Positions 49,352 to 63,014 of a DNA stretch of 64,000 nt are shown piece after piece. Positions within the stretch are counted from its first letter, which is position 1; each line of letters starts with the position of its first letter. The stretch is from contig OZ287080.1 of the NCBI GenBank assembly GCA_965645245.1, forward strand, positions 1,302,001 through 1,366,000, written 5' to 3'. The notes under the pieces are model-generated. The model did no database searches, had not been told where the DNA came from, and saw only the letters and a list, made by a program, of their open reading frames with translations. This DNA is from Massalongia carnosa (lineage: Eukaryota). The position numbers and the translations under genes were made by a program.

Positions 49352-51639
49352 GCAGTTTGGGGCCGGCGAGACCTAGCAGCGCTCCAAAGGGTTTTTAGGC
49401 GTGGGCTGGATATGTTGCGTGGGCAATCATACGTGAAAATCCTATACTTGCAACCCCATAGATTATGGCAGGCCACGCTGACGTATGTGACGGCCGTGCT
49501 TTGAATCCGTGTATCGATAACTATGTACTTAGTGACCATATTTCGCATATACAGATCACAACCAACACTTTTTCTGCTCGATAGACTTGCGTACATACTA
49601 GCTCACTAAGATCTATCTAAAAACCTACTTCCACAGTTCATAACGGTCATTATTCCTTATAGCCACACAAACCCATCAACTCCCAAGAGAGAGCAATACG
49701 TGAATCTTGATCCTCGGAAAAGGAGCCGGCGACAACCCCCCCCCGCCCCCCAAAAATCATAATTACATCCCACGAACGAAAAACCTTCCCCATCCCAGAA
49801 ATGCTCTCCCATGAAGTACTCCGTACTTTGTCCAATCCTCATCGCACGAGTATATCTATCCTGCGCCATAAGGCTATATGGGGGGGGAGGGTTTAAAAAA
49901 TCTCCATTTACACTACATATCTAAGGACAGAGAGAACAAGAGATTGATGGGTTTTGCCACACCAATGCCAAGCCAAGACCTCCCCTCCTTACCACTCTCT
50001 GTTTTAGTTTATGGGTACCCATCCGGTTCCGCGTGGGGCTAGCTAGCTATATGGCGGGCTAAGGGGGAAAAAACGTGGAAGATCTAGGTATCCCGTTTAG
50101 CGCTGTGCGTACATACTGTTTCTCTGTCTGTCTATCGTTGTTATGTTCGATAGGTAGTGGGGGTTTGAGTGCTCATGGTGTCTGGTTAGGGGCAGGTGAT
50201 TCGCGGATTTTCTATTCTGTTTCTATTCACCCTTTTCTTCCCTCCCCCCTCCCCCCCCCACTTTCGGTTAACTAAGTAATAAACCAACCCCCTCTCGTTA
50301 CTTACATATTTATACATACATACGCCAGGAATTTCGCATCCAGAAATTTCCAGCTTTGCCAGCTCGATGATACATATACATACACATACCTTCCGAACCT
50401 ACATCAAATCTTTTCTTTCTCACAGCCGCTAGTTATTTATGGCGGTAGGGCTCCCCCCAAAACATCCTTTGTCTCACTCTTTCTCTCTCTCTCTCTCTGC
50501 TCTCGTTAGAGCTTAATTAACTAGTTACCCGTTCCTTTAGGTTATGTCTTCGTGACTGATGGGTGTTTTTTGGTAGGGGTCCGGGTCCTCCTCCTTCCCC
50601 TCCTTTGTTGCAGCGGCAGCAGCAGCAGCAGAAAGGCTCCTTGAAGTGTGTCTTTGAGAATGAGAGATCAGAGGAGGGTTTAAGTGTGGTTTTTTATCGC
50701 GCTTCGGACGCTTAACCTTTGCCGTTTTTCCGGACCGTATGCTTGGTGGTTTTCCTGGTTGCTTTCTTGGGCTGGTGGAAAAGGCTTTGGATCTTGTTAC
50801 TCGTAGGCGCCTAGAAGTGTATTATTTCCCCCTATTCTGGTTGGCGTAAAAAAATAGGGGCATGTGATTGATAGGATCTGTTTTGTTACTCGGATGTCCT
50901 CCTTGAATGGAATATGTATTCATATCAAGGTATTATTTCATTGACAAAGAGTGACTGTGATTATCGGATTTAGTTTCGTATGTTATGTGGTAGTTTGACT
51001 TATTATCATTGGATTTATTTTTTCATAGATGTCTTGATAGCTTTTTCAGGGAACTTCGCATTTATTAAGGTCAATGTTTTAGATAGCAAGAAAAGCTCAT
51101 CCTTGCACATGAAAGGCCTTAAATTTCATCGCCTTCTCTTCACTGCTTCTCATTGTCTGTCAAAAACCTGCTGGTTGCCGACAACGAAAAAGGCTAGTTG
51201 TTAGAGCTGCTAGGAAATTTACAACTCATTGGACCTGGTCATTTCCTCGATGATGCTATTATAGAGATCAGAGCTGTTTGATGCTGTGATTAGATCTTTT
51301 CCCCCCAAAGCCGCTAAATCACGAGATGTCCTCGGTACTGTTTGAGACGGATTAATTAGCTATTGAACTTCACATTAAGTGTGGAAGATGTGTTGACGGC
51401 CTTAGAATTGAATATGATCGTCTAATGTTTCCTGGCCTAAAAGGTCAACTAAATTGCATAGATCAGTTTATGTTCCTCTTCCAATGTTAGTTCTTGTGAC
51501 TTTCAACCGATCCGTGTCCAATATGATGCTACATATTGGCTATTCAAGCCCTTGCTCCTAGCCTAGCTAATATAGCCGTTGATAAATTTAATGTATGCGT
51601 GTCTTAAGGATATATGATAAGTATATTTCTCAATCCAGC

Positions 51640-53150
51640 TAGAAGAATACTTCAACTCTCTTCTCGCCTTGAGTCTGGTGAGTCAAGCATGCTGTGCTCA
51701 CGTTGATACAAGAATCTCTGGCTTCTATTCATGGCTTTGACAGAAAAGGAGAATAATTCCTCCGCTCACCTTCCAATATTAATCCAGTACTTTTCGATCA
51801 CCAAATCCCATGTCGCCAAGATTGTTCTCTCAATCGCGATAAATTCAATGGCACAACAAGGGATGCACCTGTCTTCTTGAGACTTCTTTCTAGCTTTCCA
51901 AATGTAGTGGTCCTGAAGTTTGTTTTCCCAATATATGTTACTCTATTCTGATTCAATATTGAAACTTGATCTAGGGTTTGCACTTGCTAGAACATTGCTC
52001 ATCTGATCTGCAACGCTATAGAGGCTTTGGCAAAATCCATAAGGCTGTAAATCAAAAGTATCAACTAGTGGAAAGACGCAGTGGTTCCATTTTAAAGCGT
52101 ATCCAGCCTTGATATCGAAATGCAGAATACAACGCATATAAAGTCTGTCCGTCGAGGTTTCTTTGTGGATCTTAGTCAAACACCGCGAATGCTTCAGCTT
52201 AATATTGCATCCGACTTGGATGATCGCCCAAGCTACCACACTCCTGAATTGGTGGAGTTCTACAATCGCCATGACCCGATACGTTTAACCCTCGCGGAGC
52301 AAAGGTTGAGGGGAGCATTGACGCTGACCCTCGTACCTGGCGTATTCTGACGGTCATCGTCAACTGGGCAACATTAAAAGAATTAGACATTCGCCACTCG
52401 CAACTAGTTGATGAGTTTATAAGATACATTAGCCATAAGCTTGTGTGTCTCCAGTCGCTCAAGTTGAGCCCGTTCACCGGGTCGAAGACCGATCATATGA
52501 TCCAATATTGCGGGAAGAAGACGAGCAATATTGTCCAACTGCTTCGGTCACAAGCGCTCGAGAGTCTCGAGCTGACCGGGTTTCTTCATGAGATTCCTTT
52601 GCAGGCGATTAGTGTTCATGGACTGAGTTTAAAGAGTCTTCGACTCATATGCGTACTCTGCCCACCGTCCCTCACCCTACTTGTTACATCCCTTTCCTTC
52701 CCAGAAAGCAATTAGAGATGCTGAATGCTGGCTGTCCCCAGCTTGAGCTTCTTGGCATGGATATGGCAATGCATGATTGCGCTCTGGTAAGTGCAACAGT
52801 CCCTTTCATTCGGCTTTCACAAGGTGTCGACCGGACTCAAAGGATCGCTAACGGTAATCGAATCAAGTAGACACGAGGGCAATTCCATGCGTTGACATCG
52901 TTCCAGAACCTTGGCTGCCTCGAGCTATTCCACCAGGGTTCCTCACCCCAGAAGCCGTGATTGAACAATGCAAAGACAGCCGAAGCATTCACATCCTTGC
53001 GTCGTCAAACAGAAGGATCGCGTCTCGAAAGCCTACAGTTCACCCAAAACCTTGAAGCGACCGAGAGCACCGTGATCTGGCTTGTCTCCGACAGTGGGAA
53101 TCAGGTTGAATTTACCATCACGTAAGAAGCACCACCGGACAAACATTTAA
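51640..53150 (+). pseudogene. Degenerate F-box/LRR-like gene
   Basis: Broken frames give SLLALSLVS, VNWATLKELDI, LESLELTG, HGLSLKSLRL and CPQLELLGMD, with many stops and shifts. Boundaries approximate. Confidence 0.45.
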
Positions 53151-53764
53151 TGCGGAGAGATCTGGGACGATGGACCGTATTTGCCGCAATTGCGCAAACC
53201 CGACGGTGAAATGACGGGCGCGGGAGTGAGGAGGTAGAGGAGGAGCGATGTCCGAAACACTGGGTATTGAACCAAGAGAGTGGGGCATGGCTGGCTTGGT
53301 TCCATGATGGAGCAACTTAACAGGTCTGTCCACAGAACATATAAAAGTCTTCCGCAACCTGTTCACGGACTCTTTGCGGGGAGAGCGACAAGGGTCATTA
53401 CAAAGGCTAGGCATGGGGGAGTTGCATAACCAGCTAACTCCTGCCTTCAGATTTCCGGTCGTCGTCATGCAGCACACATTCCGAAGTTCTTGAATTCCAA
53501 GTCAGTACAAAGACTCCCTATGGAGAGTAAGTAAATCGAAACGTTTACAAAGAATTTTTTCTTTCGAAGAGAAGGGAACGAAGAAGGTCATCATGTACCT
53601 AAAATAAACCCATGAGGTCAGTTGGAACAGCCTCATACTCTTTCCAGCAGACCTGCAGAAACAAACGTTTGATAACAAACATTTTTTAACGTCAATAATC
53701 GACCTCTTCCTTCTTCCCCACTAACCCGATTAAGGTAAACTTGATGACCAAATAAACTGCGTGG

Positions 53765-53971
53765 GCTCTAGGAGCTCTCCGGGTTAGCCTATTTAGCTAA
53801 GCTCTTTCGGATTAGCGTCCCAGCTGACTAACGTGGCTGCGATAGCACTTTTGAGTTTTGGGCTCAGACTTGCTACAGATGTACTGCGTAGTCAGCCTGT
53901 TAACCCGAAGGGGCTTAACGTTCTGTAATGCTAACCCGAAGGGGCCGAGCACGTCTGAGGTACTGAGGCAA
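53765..53971. mobile_element. Partial relative of the 30327-30611 MITE (right TIR plus subterminal repeats)
   Basis: GTCTGAGGTACTGAGGCAA terminus with repeated TAACCCGAAGGGGC and inverted CTTTCGGATTAGC units; left TIR not found. Confidence 0.7.
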
Positions 53972-54782
53972 CCGTATCTTCAATCGGTCGGAGATAGATA
54001 TCAGCTCTGACTCTTTCTGCAGTGCGCATTGCGGTATTACTTGGCTAATTAAGTTACCTTCGATCGGAACGACGCGGAGGTGGCTCGCCTGTTAAGCTAG
54101 GGCTGGGAAAGCTTACATTAATCGTGTCAAGAAACTAGTAATCGAAGCGAGTCGCCTTGGAGAGAAATGCCCTACCTACTTAGTTGAATTTCTTACAAGG
54201 GCTGGCGGAGGACGCCATCGACGGAACGAAAATAAAGGTTCTGACAACGAAAGAAAGGAGAAGGGGATGTTGCAGAGGATGAGAAGATGGGAGGTAAGAA
54301 GCAGCGGATGAAATTAAGAAAGCGTATATATATAGAGATGGGAAATGGGCTGTGGATTAGTATTTATGCTTCTGATGCAAATCCCGTACTAAGTACCTAG
54401 GTGATTCTTGTATTAAGGGCACATTTTAATCATTCGTTTCGTCACTTACATATCATAAATTGTGCATGTGATCTGATATGATCAATCAACTTATCATTAA
54501 GCATAAGGACATCCGTTCCTGCTATTCATTTGCATTGAAAGCCCTCCTAGCTTTCGAACACATCTCAATGCGCCCTTGTACTAGTCTCCCTGAGAATCTC
54601 TCATTCGACGAAACCGACGCTTCGGAAACCACCTGGGCAAAGCTCTGGTTTCCTTCTATGTAAGCTAGTTGTAATAAGCTGAAAGAAAAGCAACGATGTC
54701 GCTCGCACTTCCGGCGTTCTCAAATCATTCTTCTTCGTCTTTGTAAACGAGGAAAAAGGGGAGGAGGGGGCAGGAAGGGCAA

Positions 54783-57654
54783 TTATCGCCCGCCCCCAAA
54801 ATCCGGCTTGTACGTCTGCACGCCGCCGACCTTCATGAGCTCCCTCAACGCCATAGTGGCGTACTGGCTTGTGCCGAGCTGTAGCTTAAGGATTACTGCG
54901 ATCTTGGACCCTTCATCTTTCGTTCCTTGCTCTATCCCCATGGGGTCTTTCATACCGCCAATAGCGCTCGGATTTTGGCTCTGCTGCGGCTGTTGGTACT
55001 GCCTGTCACCATGCTGTCTGGCTCCTAATAATCTGTCCAAATCTGTCTGAACAAACTGCTGATTTTCATCCTCGTAATTTTTGATCTCGTATGAGACATT
55101 GTTTCCAGGTCGAGCGAGTACTTTTCGATAGCTTCCGCTCAAGCTAACGTCTTTCCACTTACGGCGCATATCGAAGGGATCGAGCCCCCCGCCACGATCA
55201 CTAGCCATGAATTCCTTGTAAAAGGCCGATATTTCGTTGGCAGGGTAGATAATATCAAAGCCTGGTGTAGGAAGAACGATGTCAAAGATGGAGTAATCGC
55301 CACTGTTGGCCTCGGTGGCCGACAACGCTCTCGCACGAGTAAATATTTCATCTGCGGTAGCTGTATCGTCATCATCTCCGGGGTGTACGATGGCTTCACC
55401 ATCAACGTCAATGTCCTCCGCTACAACGGTCTTCTCCACCTTTTCTCTGTGCTCGTCAATAAGTACAAGGTCTCCTTCGATGACTGTTGCACCATAGCGC
55501 TTCCAACGTTCACTTGCTGCTGCGTTCCAGATTAATGATTGGTATGCATGCACATACATCAGGCGGAGATTTCTCGATATACTCTGCAACGCGCCAAGGT
55601 AGTCGTTGCTACGTCCTGGGTTGCCCAAGTGCCTGATAATATTCGCCTCCGCAGAGAATTTCCTGGGAAGTTCGTCAAGGGCCAGGTGCAATTTGCCTGT
55701 TTCTTTAAATTTGTGTAGTGCATATGCGCGAGCTTTGTCGTCAGTAGAGATCCTATCGTCAACGGACATGGGATTCTGCGCAGCGGCCAAGGAGGTTGGG
55801 GTGTAGTATAGGATAGCCTCGACGGCTGCTTTGAAATCACCTTGTATCATCTTGACACCAACGCTGTCAGTGCGCGTTGAGAATGTGCCAAATCTTTGAA
55901 GACCATAGTAGTTAATAAAGCCCCTTTCTCTTAGATTCTCAATTGCGGTGCTCACGATCTTCGAAGCTCGCACACTTTTCCTTTGGGCATCGATCTTATC
56001 TCCAATGTCACAATCCCTTAACGTAATAACGAACTCATTACCTTTCAACTCGCCGAGTTGCAACCCATGAGGTTGATATTCGAAGTTACCTACCTTCGCA
56101 TTCCTTAAGGTTCGGCCCGCCGCGATCATCCGGTTAGAAAATACGCGAAAAACACTTACCCGTTGTACCGTGATTCCACGGCGATCCTTAGTACCGGCAA
56201 ACTGAAAAGACTGTGGTTTCATTTTAAGCTGCCTGGCAAGATATGATATAATTTCCATCGTATCCTTGTTTTCCTTGAATAAGGTAAAGTGAAGGTACTC
56301 TCCGCCAAGTTCTTTCCACCCCGTTTTCGCCTTTGCTTGGGATTTTCTGCCTCCATCGTTGCGGGTGGTATATGGTCTCGCAGACCAGTTAGATTTTGGG
56401 GCAGCTGCAGATATGATCACAGCACCATTGTCATCTGTTGCAGTATCTAAGCGGGATTGGAAAATCCGCCTCATTGCTTGATGAATCTTAGTACGCGTTT
56501 CACGATCTGCAATCACAGCCGACTTCACTGCTCCATAATCCCGCGGCTTTCTATGAGGTGAATTGATGATATGGTTGTAGAGCGATAGAGTAGAATCAAC
56601 GACTTCGGCATCAAGATATGAAATCAACAAGTCTCTATCCTCGGAAGACAGCTTATGTTCGATTAGCTTCTAAATTATGCGAAAAAAAACCAGAAACTAA
56701 CCTTAAACCCTTTTGAAGCGTTTGCGTATGCTTGCCAGTCCGCTGTCGATGACGGTTGAGGGCACGATTTAGGTGGTTCCTGTGTCGCACCGTTCTTGAT
56801 GTCTTTGGTAAAGTCCACAACATTCCCCTGTTCGCACGCTGGAGCCTGCATTGTCCCTTCATTTTGTTGGTAACAACTAGTCTCGTGATCTAATCCCTCC
56901 CTTGAGCTCGGAAGCGCTCTCTTAGTCTTATCATTGTCTTCAACTACAAGTATTCCAGAGCCTGTCTGCCGAAGTATGACCTTGTGTTTTCGACGAGGGC
57001 CAGAAGCTGGCTCCAACGCTAACTGCCGTGGGTTTGAAAGCCCCTTTTCGTGCCCAATATGTTCCGATTCTTGAGTTTTGGGCAGCAATACCCCACCATC
57101 CACTAGATCATCAGATGATAGATTTTGCTCTGTATTCAGTTGTGGTGATCCTCGTGCTTTAGTTTCGTCCCCATTCCCATTTTCAGGCAAAATCGGCTCC
57201 AGGGAAGCAGGATTATGGGTAGATTTCTTTCCTACAAAGATGGCAGATATAACTTTAGCATCATTGCTCGGGTCTACCTGCTTGCCACGTTGAGAATCCT
57301 TCAGGTTGTCTAGATGAACAACAAGACCAGATGGAAGTATTTCATTAACGAGAAAATCGGTGTACCTGAATAATGGAATTATTAACATGTATTAGGCCCA
57401 TGCCACTGCAAAGTATTGTACCTCTTCTTTAAGATCCCAGTAAAGCCGAGCAATTGTGGGCTCACGAACTCTGTTATACCACATTCGGCTTCCTTGCGAA
57501 GGTGTTCACGAGAAACAGCCTGCTGATCGTATGGCGCTGGCTCAATATTGGCGGTCTCATCGATAACCATTGCATCATCCATCGTACCGTCCATTGAGAT
57601 ATGCTCCGCTTTAAGTTTCTTACGTGGCGAAGCTTGAAGATCTACGTCGTCCAT
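54783..57654 (-). CDS. PUS7: Multisubstrate pseudouridine synthase 7 (TruD family), 3 exons
   Basis: GITEFV..FTGILKKR|YTDFLVNEI, KENKDT, AGTKDRRGITVQ, GNEF, FINYYGLQRFG, YVHAYQS, GSYRK and YATMALRE; introns 57421..57366 and 56701..56652. Confidence 0.96.
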
Positions 57655-58521
57655 GATGATGATGATTCAAGGCAGGATATCACCAACAGAGCGATTAAGT
57701 GTGAATAAGTGTGAATAAGTGAATGAAGTGATAGTACTTTGTCTGTTTGCAAAATTAAGTCAGGGCGCTAGCGAGGATCACACTTGCTTACCCGGATATT
57801 CAATTTAACTACATATCGCCAGTAACCTTCCCGTTCTTACTTTTTCTCTTCATACTTACCTTGTTGGAGAAGTCGTGATCATGAAGACGGTCTTCTGCTA
57901 CTCAAGCTCTGCATTGCACATCGTGGAAGTGAGGGTTGTCGAGCTATCTTTGGGTATCTCGCCAGCACAATTTTTGTTCTTTGCCTTGTTCGTTTTTTCA
58001 TCAATATCATTGCTTGATGCAATGTGTTGGAGGAGAAATTTGAAGTGTATCGAGTCCTTGATGGATGTAATGAATAAATTTCTGTAGTAACAATCTTCTG
58101 ACAACGTCCTTTAATTAAGTAGGTATTCATTCTGCAATATTCTGTACTCTCCCAAATTACCTTTAGAGTAACATGGCAACGTGGATTTTGTATGATAGTG
58201 CGTCTATGGTCGATACCCCAGGTCCCTACATAGACAGTTCAATTAGATATTTCAGCATGAAGCTTTAATACTGAAGTATGCAGTTCATGATATCATGCAA
58301 CTCTAATCTGTTTCAAAATGGCCTTCCTAGCTACATTGAATTCAGAGAACAGGTGCCGGTACTGGCGCCCACGTGGCGCCCAACGGGTATTGCAAGCGCA
58401 CAAGGTAAGAAAGCCACTTTCGTTACTTCACCAATTCGGCCTTCCTTTATTTACTTCAAATAATCAGGTTGAAAAATATCAGCATCAAGATTAACTGATT
58501 GCATATTCAAAGGTCCCAAAA

Positions 58522-59013
58522 ATGTCTTCCGACGAAAAAGTTGACCTTGTTGCCATCATCTCTCCAAAACCTGAAAAGCTTGACTACGTAAGACAATCCC
58601 GTCTTGTTTCATATGCTTTTCCGAAGATAAATCACTAACAAGCTACTCGGTACAGATTATCGAGAGACTAAGCAAACTCGCTAACTTCATTCTCGAAAAC
58701 GAGCCTGAAGTCCTTCGATACCAGCTTCATCGCGAGTATAACACCAAAGACGGCAGTGTGGATCTAGTCATAATTGAACAGTATGCTGATTTGATATCTC
58801 CTTCCTCGTCTTCTCCTTCTCTATCTATGTTTTTTATAGCCAAGGAAGCTAAAGGATACTTCCAGATATGAAAACATGGCTGCTTTCCAAACCCATACCA
58901 AACAGAAGGAATTTGTTGATTTTGTCGAATCGGCGAAGAAGGAGGAGGCCTTGATGAAGCCAATAGTCTTGAAGTTTCTAAAGCCGATTGCAGGCTTCGC
59001 AAGCAGGCTATAG
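58522..59013 (+). CDS. Small ABM-domain (dimeric alpha-beta barrel) protein, 3 exons; absent from the ORF track
   Basis: Spliced translation MSSDEKVDLVAIISPKPEKLDY|IIERL..NEPEVLRYQLH..VIIEQ|YENMAAFQTH..KPIAGFASRL* with canonical introns. Confidence 0.85.
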
Positions 59014-59293
59014 GGCATATATTCAGCAGCTAGGTGGCTTGAGATCTATGGTGGCTCAAAAGATTTTCCGTAGATGAGCGATCTTTGGTTATGTGTTCTC
59101 AAACGGTATTACCTACTTGAGATTTTTTGAAGATTCACATGTCCTTGCCTGAGATACTGTGAATGATGAATTGGCGTTTCAGGTGTAGCGACTTCCTTTC
59201 CTGTTGGACGATTCATCTCACAGCAGGTGTTGTTCTTATAGTTTAGCTAAAGGGTGTTTTCATTTTAAATACGTTCGTTTTGCAAACTACAAT

Positions 59294-60562
59294 ATGGAAG
59301 ATATTCGAGATGAACTTCGCACCCACTCACGGTATATCCGTGATAACCTAGTTCAGCTCGTGGGTTGTGAGGACGGATGCCAGCTGAACAGCAGAGACAT
59401 GGCCCTACTCCGCTCTACACTCACCAGAATTGGCGCTATCCCAGTGACTCTCGATTTGCTCCGCTATTCACGGATTGAAAAGGCGCTTCTAGGCATATCC
59501 GCAGCCTGTACCGGGTGGCCTACGGAAATAGCCGAGCAAGCGGAGAAGATACTTTTGAAATGGGAAGATGACTTAGGGCCCCTGAGAGGCCTACGCGCGG
59601 ATCTGTGGGGCCCTGGTGGGCGACTAGAAGGGGTAAGAAAACTCGAGAACTGGGGGAACGGGACGGGCGCAAAGGATACGGTGAGCTCCAGCGGAATTGC
59701 AACCAGGACCGACTGATTCCAAACAAAGGACACGAAATCCTCCTGGTCTGTTGAAGGAATTCTTGATCCGTCCCGACCATATACCACCGGGCATATCGGC
59801 TTTCCTGTTGGATCGTGAGTAAGAGAGAGGTGCTTGTGCTGTCATCCACTGATATGTATTTCAGCTGGTGGATCAAAGCCGCCGCCGCATTCCGCGATGG
59901 GATTATTGACGAAACTAGCGATGGGATCACCGCCAATGAGAACGGAGCTTACGCTATTGTCATCAAAGACAACCAAGAATCTCTAACTGCGCAGGAAGGC
60001 CGGACTCGTTACTTCACCACCGGCGCGGATCCGGGTGTCTTGAAATTAACACACACCATCATCGCGAGCGATGTGCGGAGTGTGGTGCGCGTATTGCGAT
60101 CCTGGAAGCTTCAATCTCAGCTCGCGCCGGTCGCCGGGTTGAGATACGATGGCCTGTAAGGCACCATTTTCATCCAGCATCCCCCGACCCTCGTGTGATA
60201 AGCCTCACTCAACGTAATGATTTCGTACCAGATACCGCGTTGTCGGCTTCGGCGTCACCCTTATTCAGGATAAGACAGGGAACGACGTGTGGAAGTATAG
60301 CTTCGAGCTCTTGCGTTTGGCCGACCAACCTAGCATCAAGGATGCGCTATGCCATCCCACTGCCGACGAGATTGACGACTGGGAAGACTATCAGCGGATG
60401 AAGAACCCTTCCGGAAACGGCTCCACCCCGTTCAACTGTGAGAATACGGGGGGGGTGCTGCCTGTATTCGAATTCGAGAAGGAACGGCACGGGTCCGAGG
60501 ATAGTGGGTATTTTAGTAGCCGGCTAGATCAGCCGGAAAAATTACCTGGTGGGAGAAGGTAG
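59294..60562 (+). CDS. SRA/YDG-domain protein with an N-terminal helical domain, 4 exons
   Basis: GHIGFPVG|SWW..AAFRDG, GAYAIV, VRVLRS..APVAGLRYDGL|YRV and FELLRLADQP. Confidence 0.85.
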
Positions 60563-63014
60563 CTATAGGTTCAAATTTTGGACGGGAAAGGAGACATCTT
60601 ATTTTTGGGGGTTTAATACACTCAAGACCTATCTGTTTATTTTTTTTGGAATATTAACTTTCTGGAGCTTTTGGACTTTCTTCAATACACCTTACTTTGT
60701 AGCTCAACTTACTACTATACCTTTTCCTACCTGACTTGTTCCGTCATTTCGTTACTAAAGCGCCAAAACCAAGACCGTGCGAAAAAAAGCGAGCTCCAAG
60801 GATCTTTCGTTTCTAATACGCTCCGTGGAACTTTGCAGCTAACTAGGGTCGATCCTGTTCTCTAGAAGGGTTTCTCTCTGTCAATCTACTATAAACGTAC
60901 ATGTACGTATGAAGCGATACCCTACTCTCGGTTTGATGGGCTTTAGGTTCGTTTCTGTATTGGTGAGTTTTTATTTTTGAACACTGGATCTTTGTTTCGC
61001 TCTTCTGGGGAGGGGTTCCTTTCGGTAGGGTTGGATTTATTAGGAAGGTTCTGGAGATTTAAAACTCGAATACCTTGATCTTGAGAATTATTCGTGCGTG
61101 TTCGCTTTAGTCTTTCGGCTATTTTTATTGATGATTTTTTTATCAATCGATTTCGGAGTTTGGTGTTATGGGGTGTGATTACAGCAATTCTTCCTTTTCA
61201 GACTCCTTGACAGTTGCTTCTGCTGTCATGGAGTGAATTTTGATAAATTTTAATCGCATCTCATCTTCAATGATCACTTATTTTGATTCATGTCACTTTG
61301 ATTGATCTGCGACATCGTTCATCTGCATGTCACTTATCGAAGTAGAAAGACTGTCTTCTTTGCACTAGTAGCAGTCAGAGTGATGGCTCTAGTACCATAT
61401 TGCAAATACTAGATAGAGCTTCATTCTGGCGCCTCAAATTCGGAGACAACCCGGATAGTTCAACTGCGAATCACTGCGATAAAAAGGCTAATATGTTGAC
61501 TCCTCGGAAGACTTGGAGCAACCTAAAAACCCGATTCTCCGGTTTACGCACAACGATATGCTGTCCCATAGACTCTAAATAGCCGCACTTTTTGATTCTC
61601 TACCAATACCAAGGAAATCAAAGAATGTTATATAGCAAGACCTCCGTTAGACACAACGACGTTCGAAACCCTTGGATTCGATGCCTGCTTGATTAGCAAC
61701 AGATACACCGCTTGATTCTTCGTCGATATGTATTATGGTCCGGGAATTTTCTTCACGAAGGATGTTGTTGGAGCTCAGACACGAAAGCTTGCCCGGTTCT
61801 TCGGTGCCTAAAGGAGACCCGCAATCTATCCCATGTATAGTGAGTCCGGGCCGTATTCGATCTCTGCATGATTGCTTTGAGAATTGGGAACACAGCATCT
61901 ACTACTATACTTCTCATCGGAACATAGATTGGTTTCTTTGCAAATAATACATGGGTTTTGCGAAACTAAAGAATTAGCAAACGTATGAGGACATACTTTG
62001 AGTGTATTCTTTTAAGGCAGGCGAGGTTATTGGGGGTATCTATGCAGTATCCCTTGATGCTCATTATACTTCTCTATATGAGAAATATTGGATAAATGTC
62101 AGTCATAAGAAGGAAAAAGGACAACAAGAAAGGATGGCGAAAAAGATGACGGCTTAGAGCCGTGACATGTTCTCATTCCTTTCTACCGAGGAGCATCGTC
62201 AAAGAACACCATATTCACACTAGTTTAACGTCTCTCGCAATACACAATGTTCCGGAATACTGTTGGGGCCGGCTACACTCTAATCGTTCCATTACCAACT
62301 TCGTGCACTTTCTTTCACACAATAGCGTACCTTGCCGTGTAGGCGATGATATCAACATTTCGCACACGTTGTTCAATTTAGTCTGGAGTCACAGATCAGT
62401 GTTAATGGCAAAGAAAACGAAGCTGAGAATGGTAAGCTTCATACTGAGAAACTCAAGGCTTGCGCAAATATGACAAGAACTTACTTACGGAACTCTCTTG
62501 TCATTATTAATACTTACTTCCCAAGGTCAAGACTGAATTTAAAAACACGACATACACATCTCTAAGGTTGAGTATTATCATAAGTTTGAAGGTCCATCGT
62601 AGCTAAATTTCTGGTAGCGGGGAGTTCTTCCTCCATAAAGTTACAGCTTTTATCATGATAAACGCAGTCAAACTTCTCACCTGGATGCTTGTTGTATTCT
62701 CTCGTTCTGTATACGAGACCGTGCCATCTCAGAACTGAGATTTTGGAACCGGTTTCAAGTTTTTACGATCGATACAATTCGTAAAAGGTTGTAAATTTAA
62801 AACCACGTATGCAATACAAATTTATCTATTTAATTTCAGGATTGAAATCGAAAAATTGAAAACTTTTCTTAAATTTTCTAAAACTTACGACTTGCGAAAT
62901 TAGCGGAGAATGTCACACTTGATGACCCGGACGATAAATTTTTGATAACACAATAAACTTGCTGTCTATTTTGCAATTGAATACATTTTCTAAGTGACAT
63001 GATACCCTATATCA

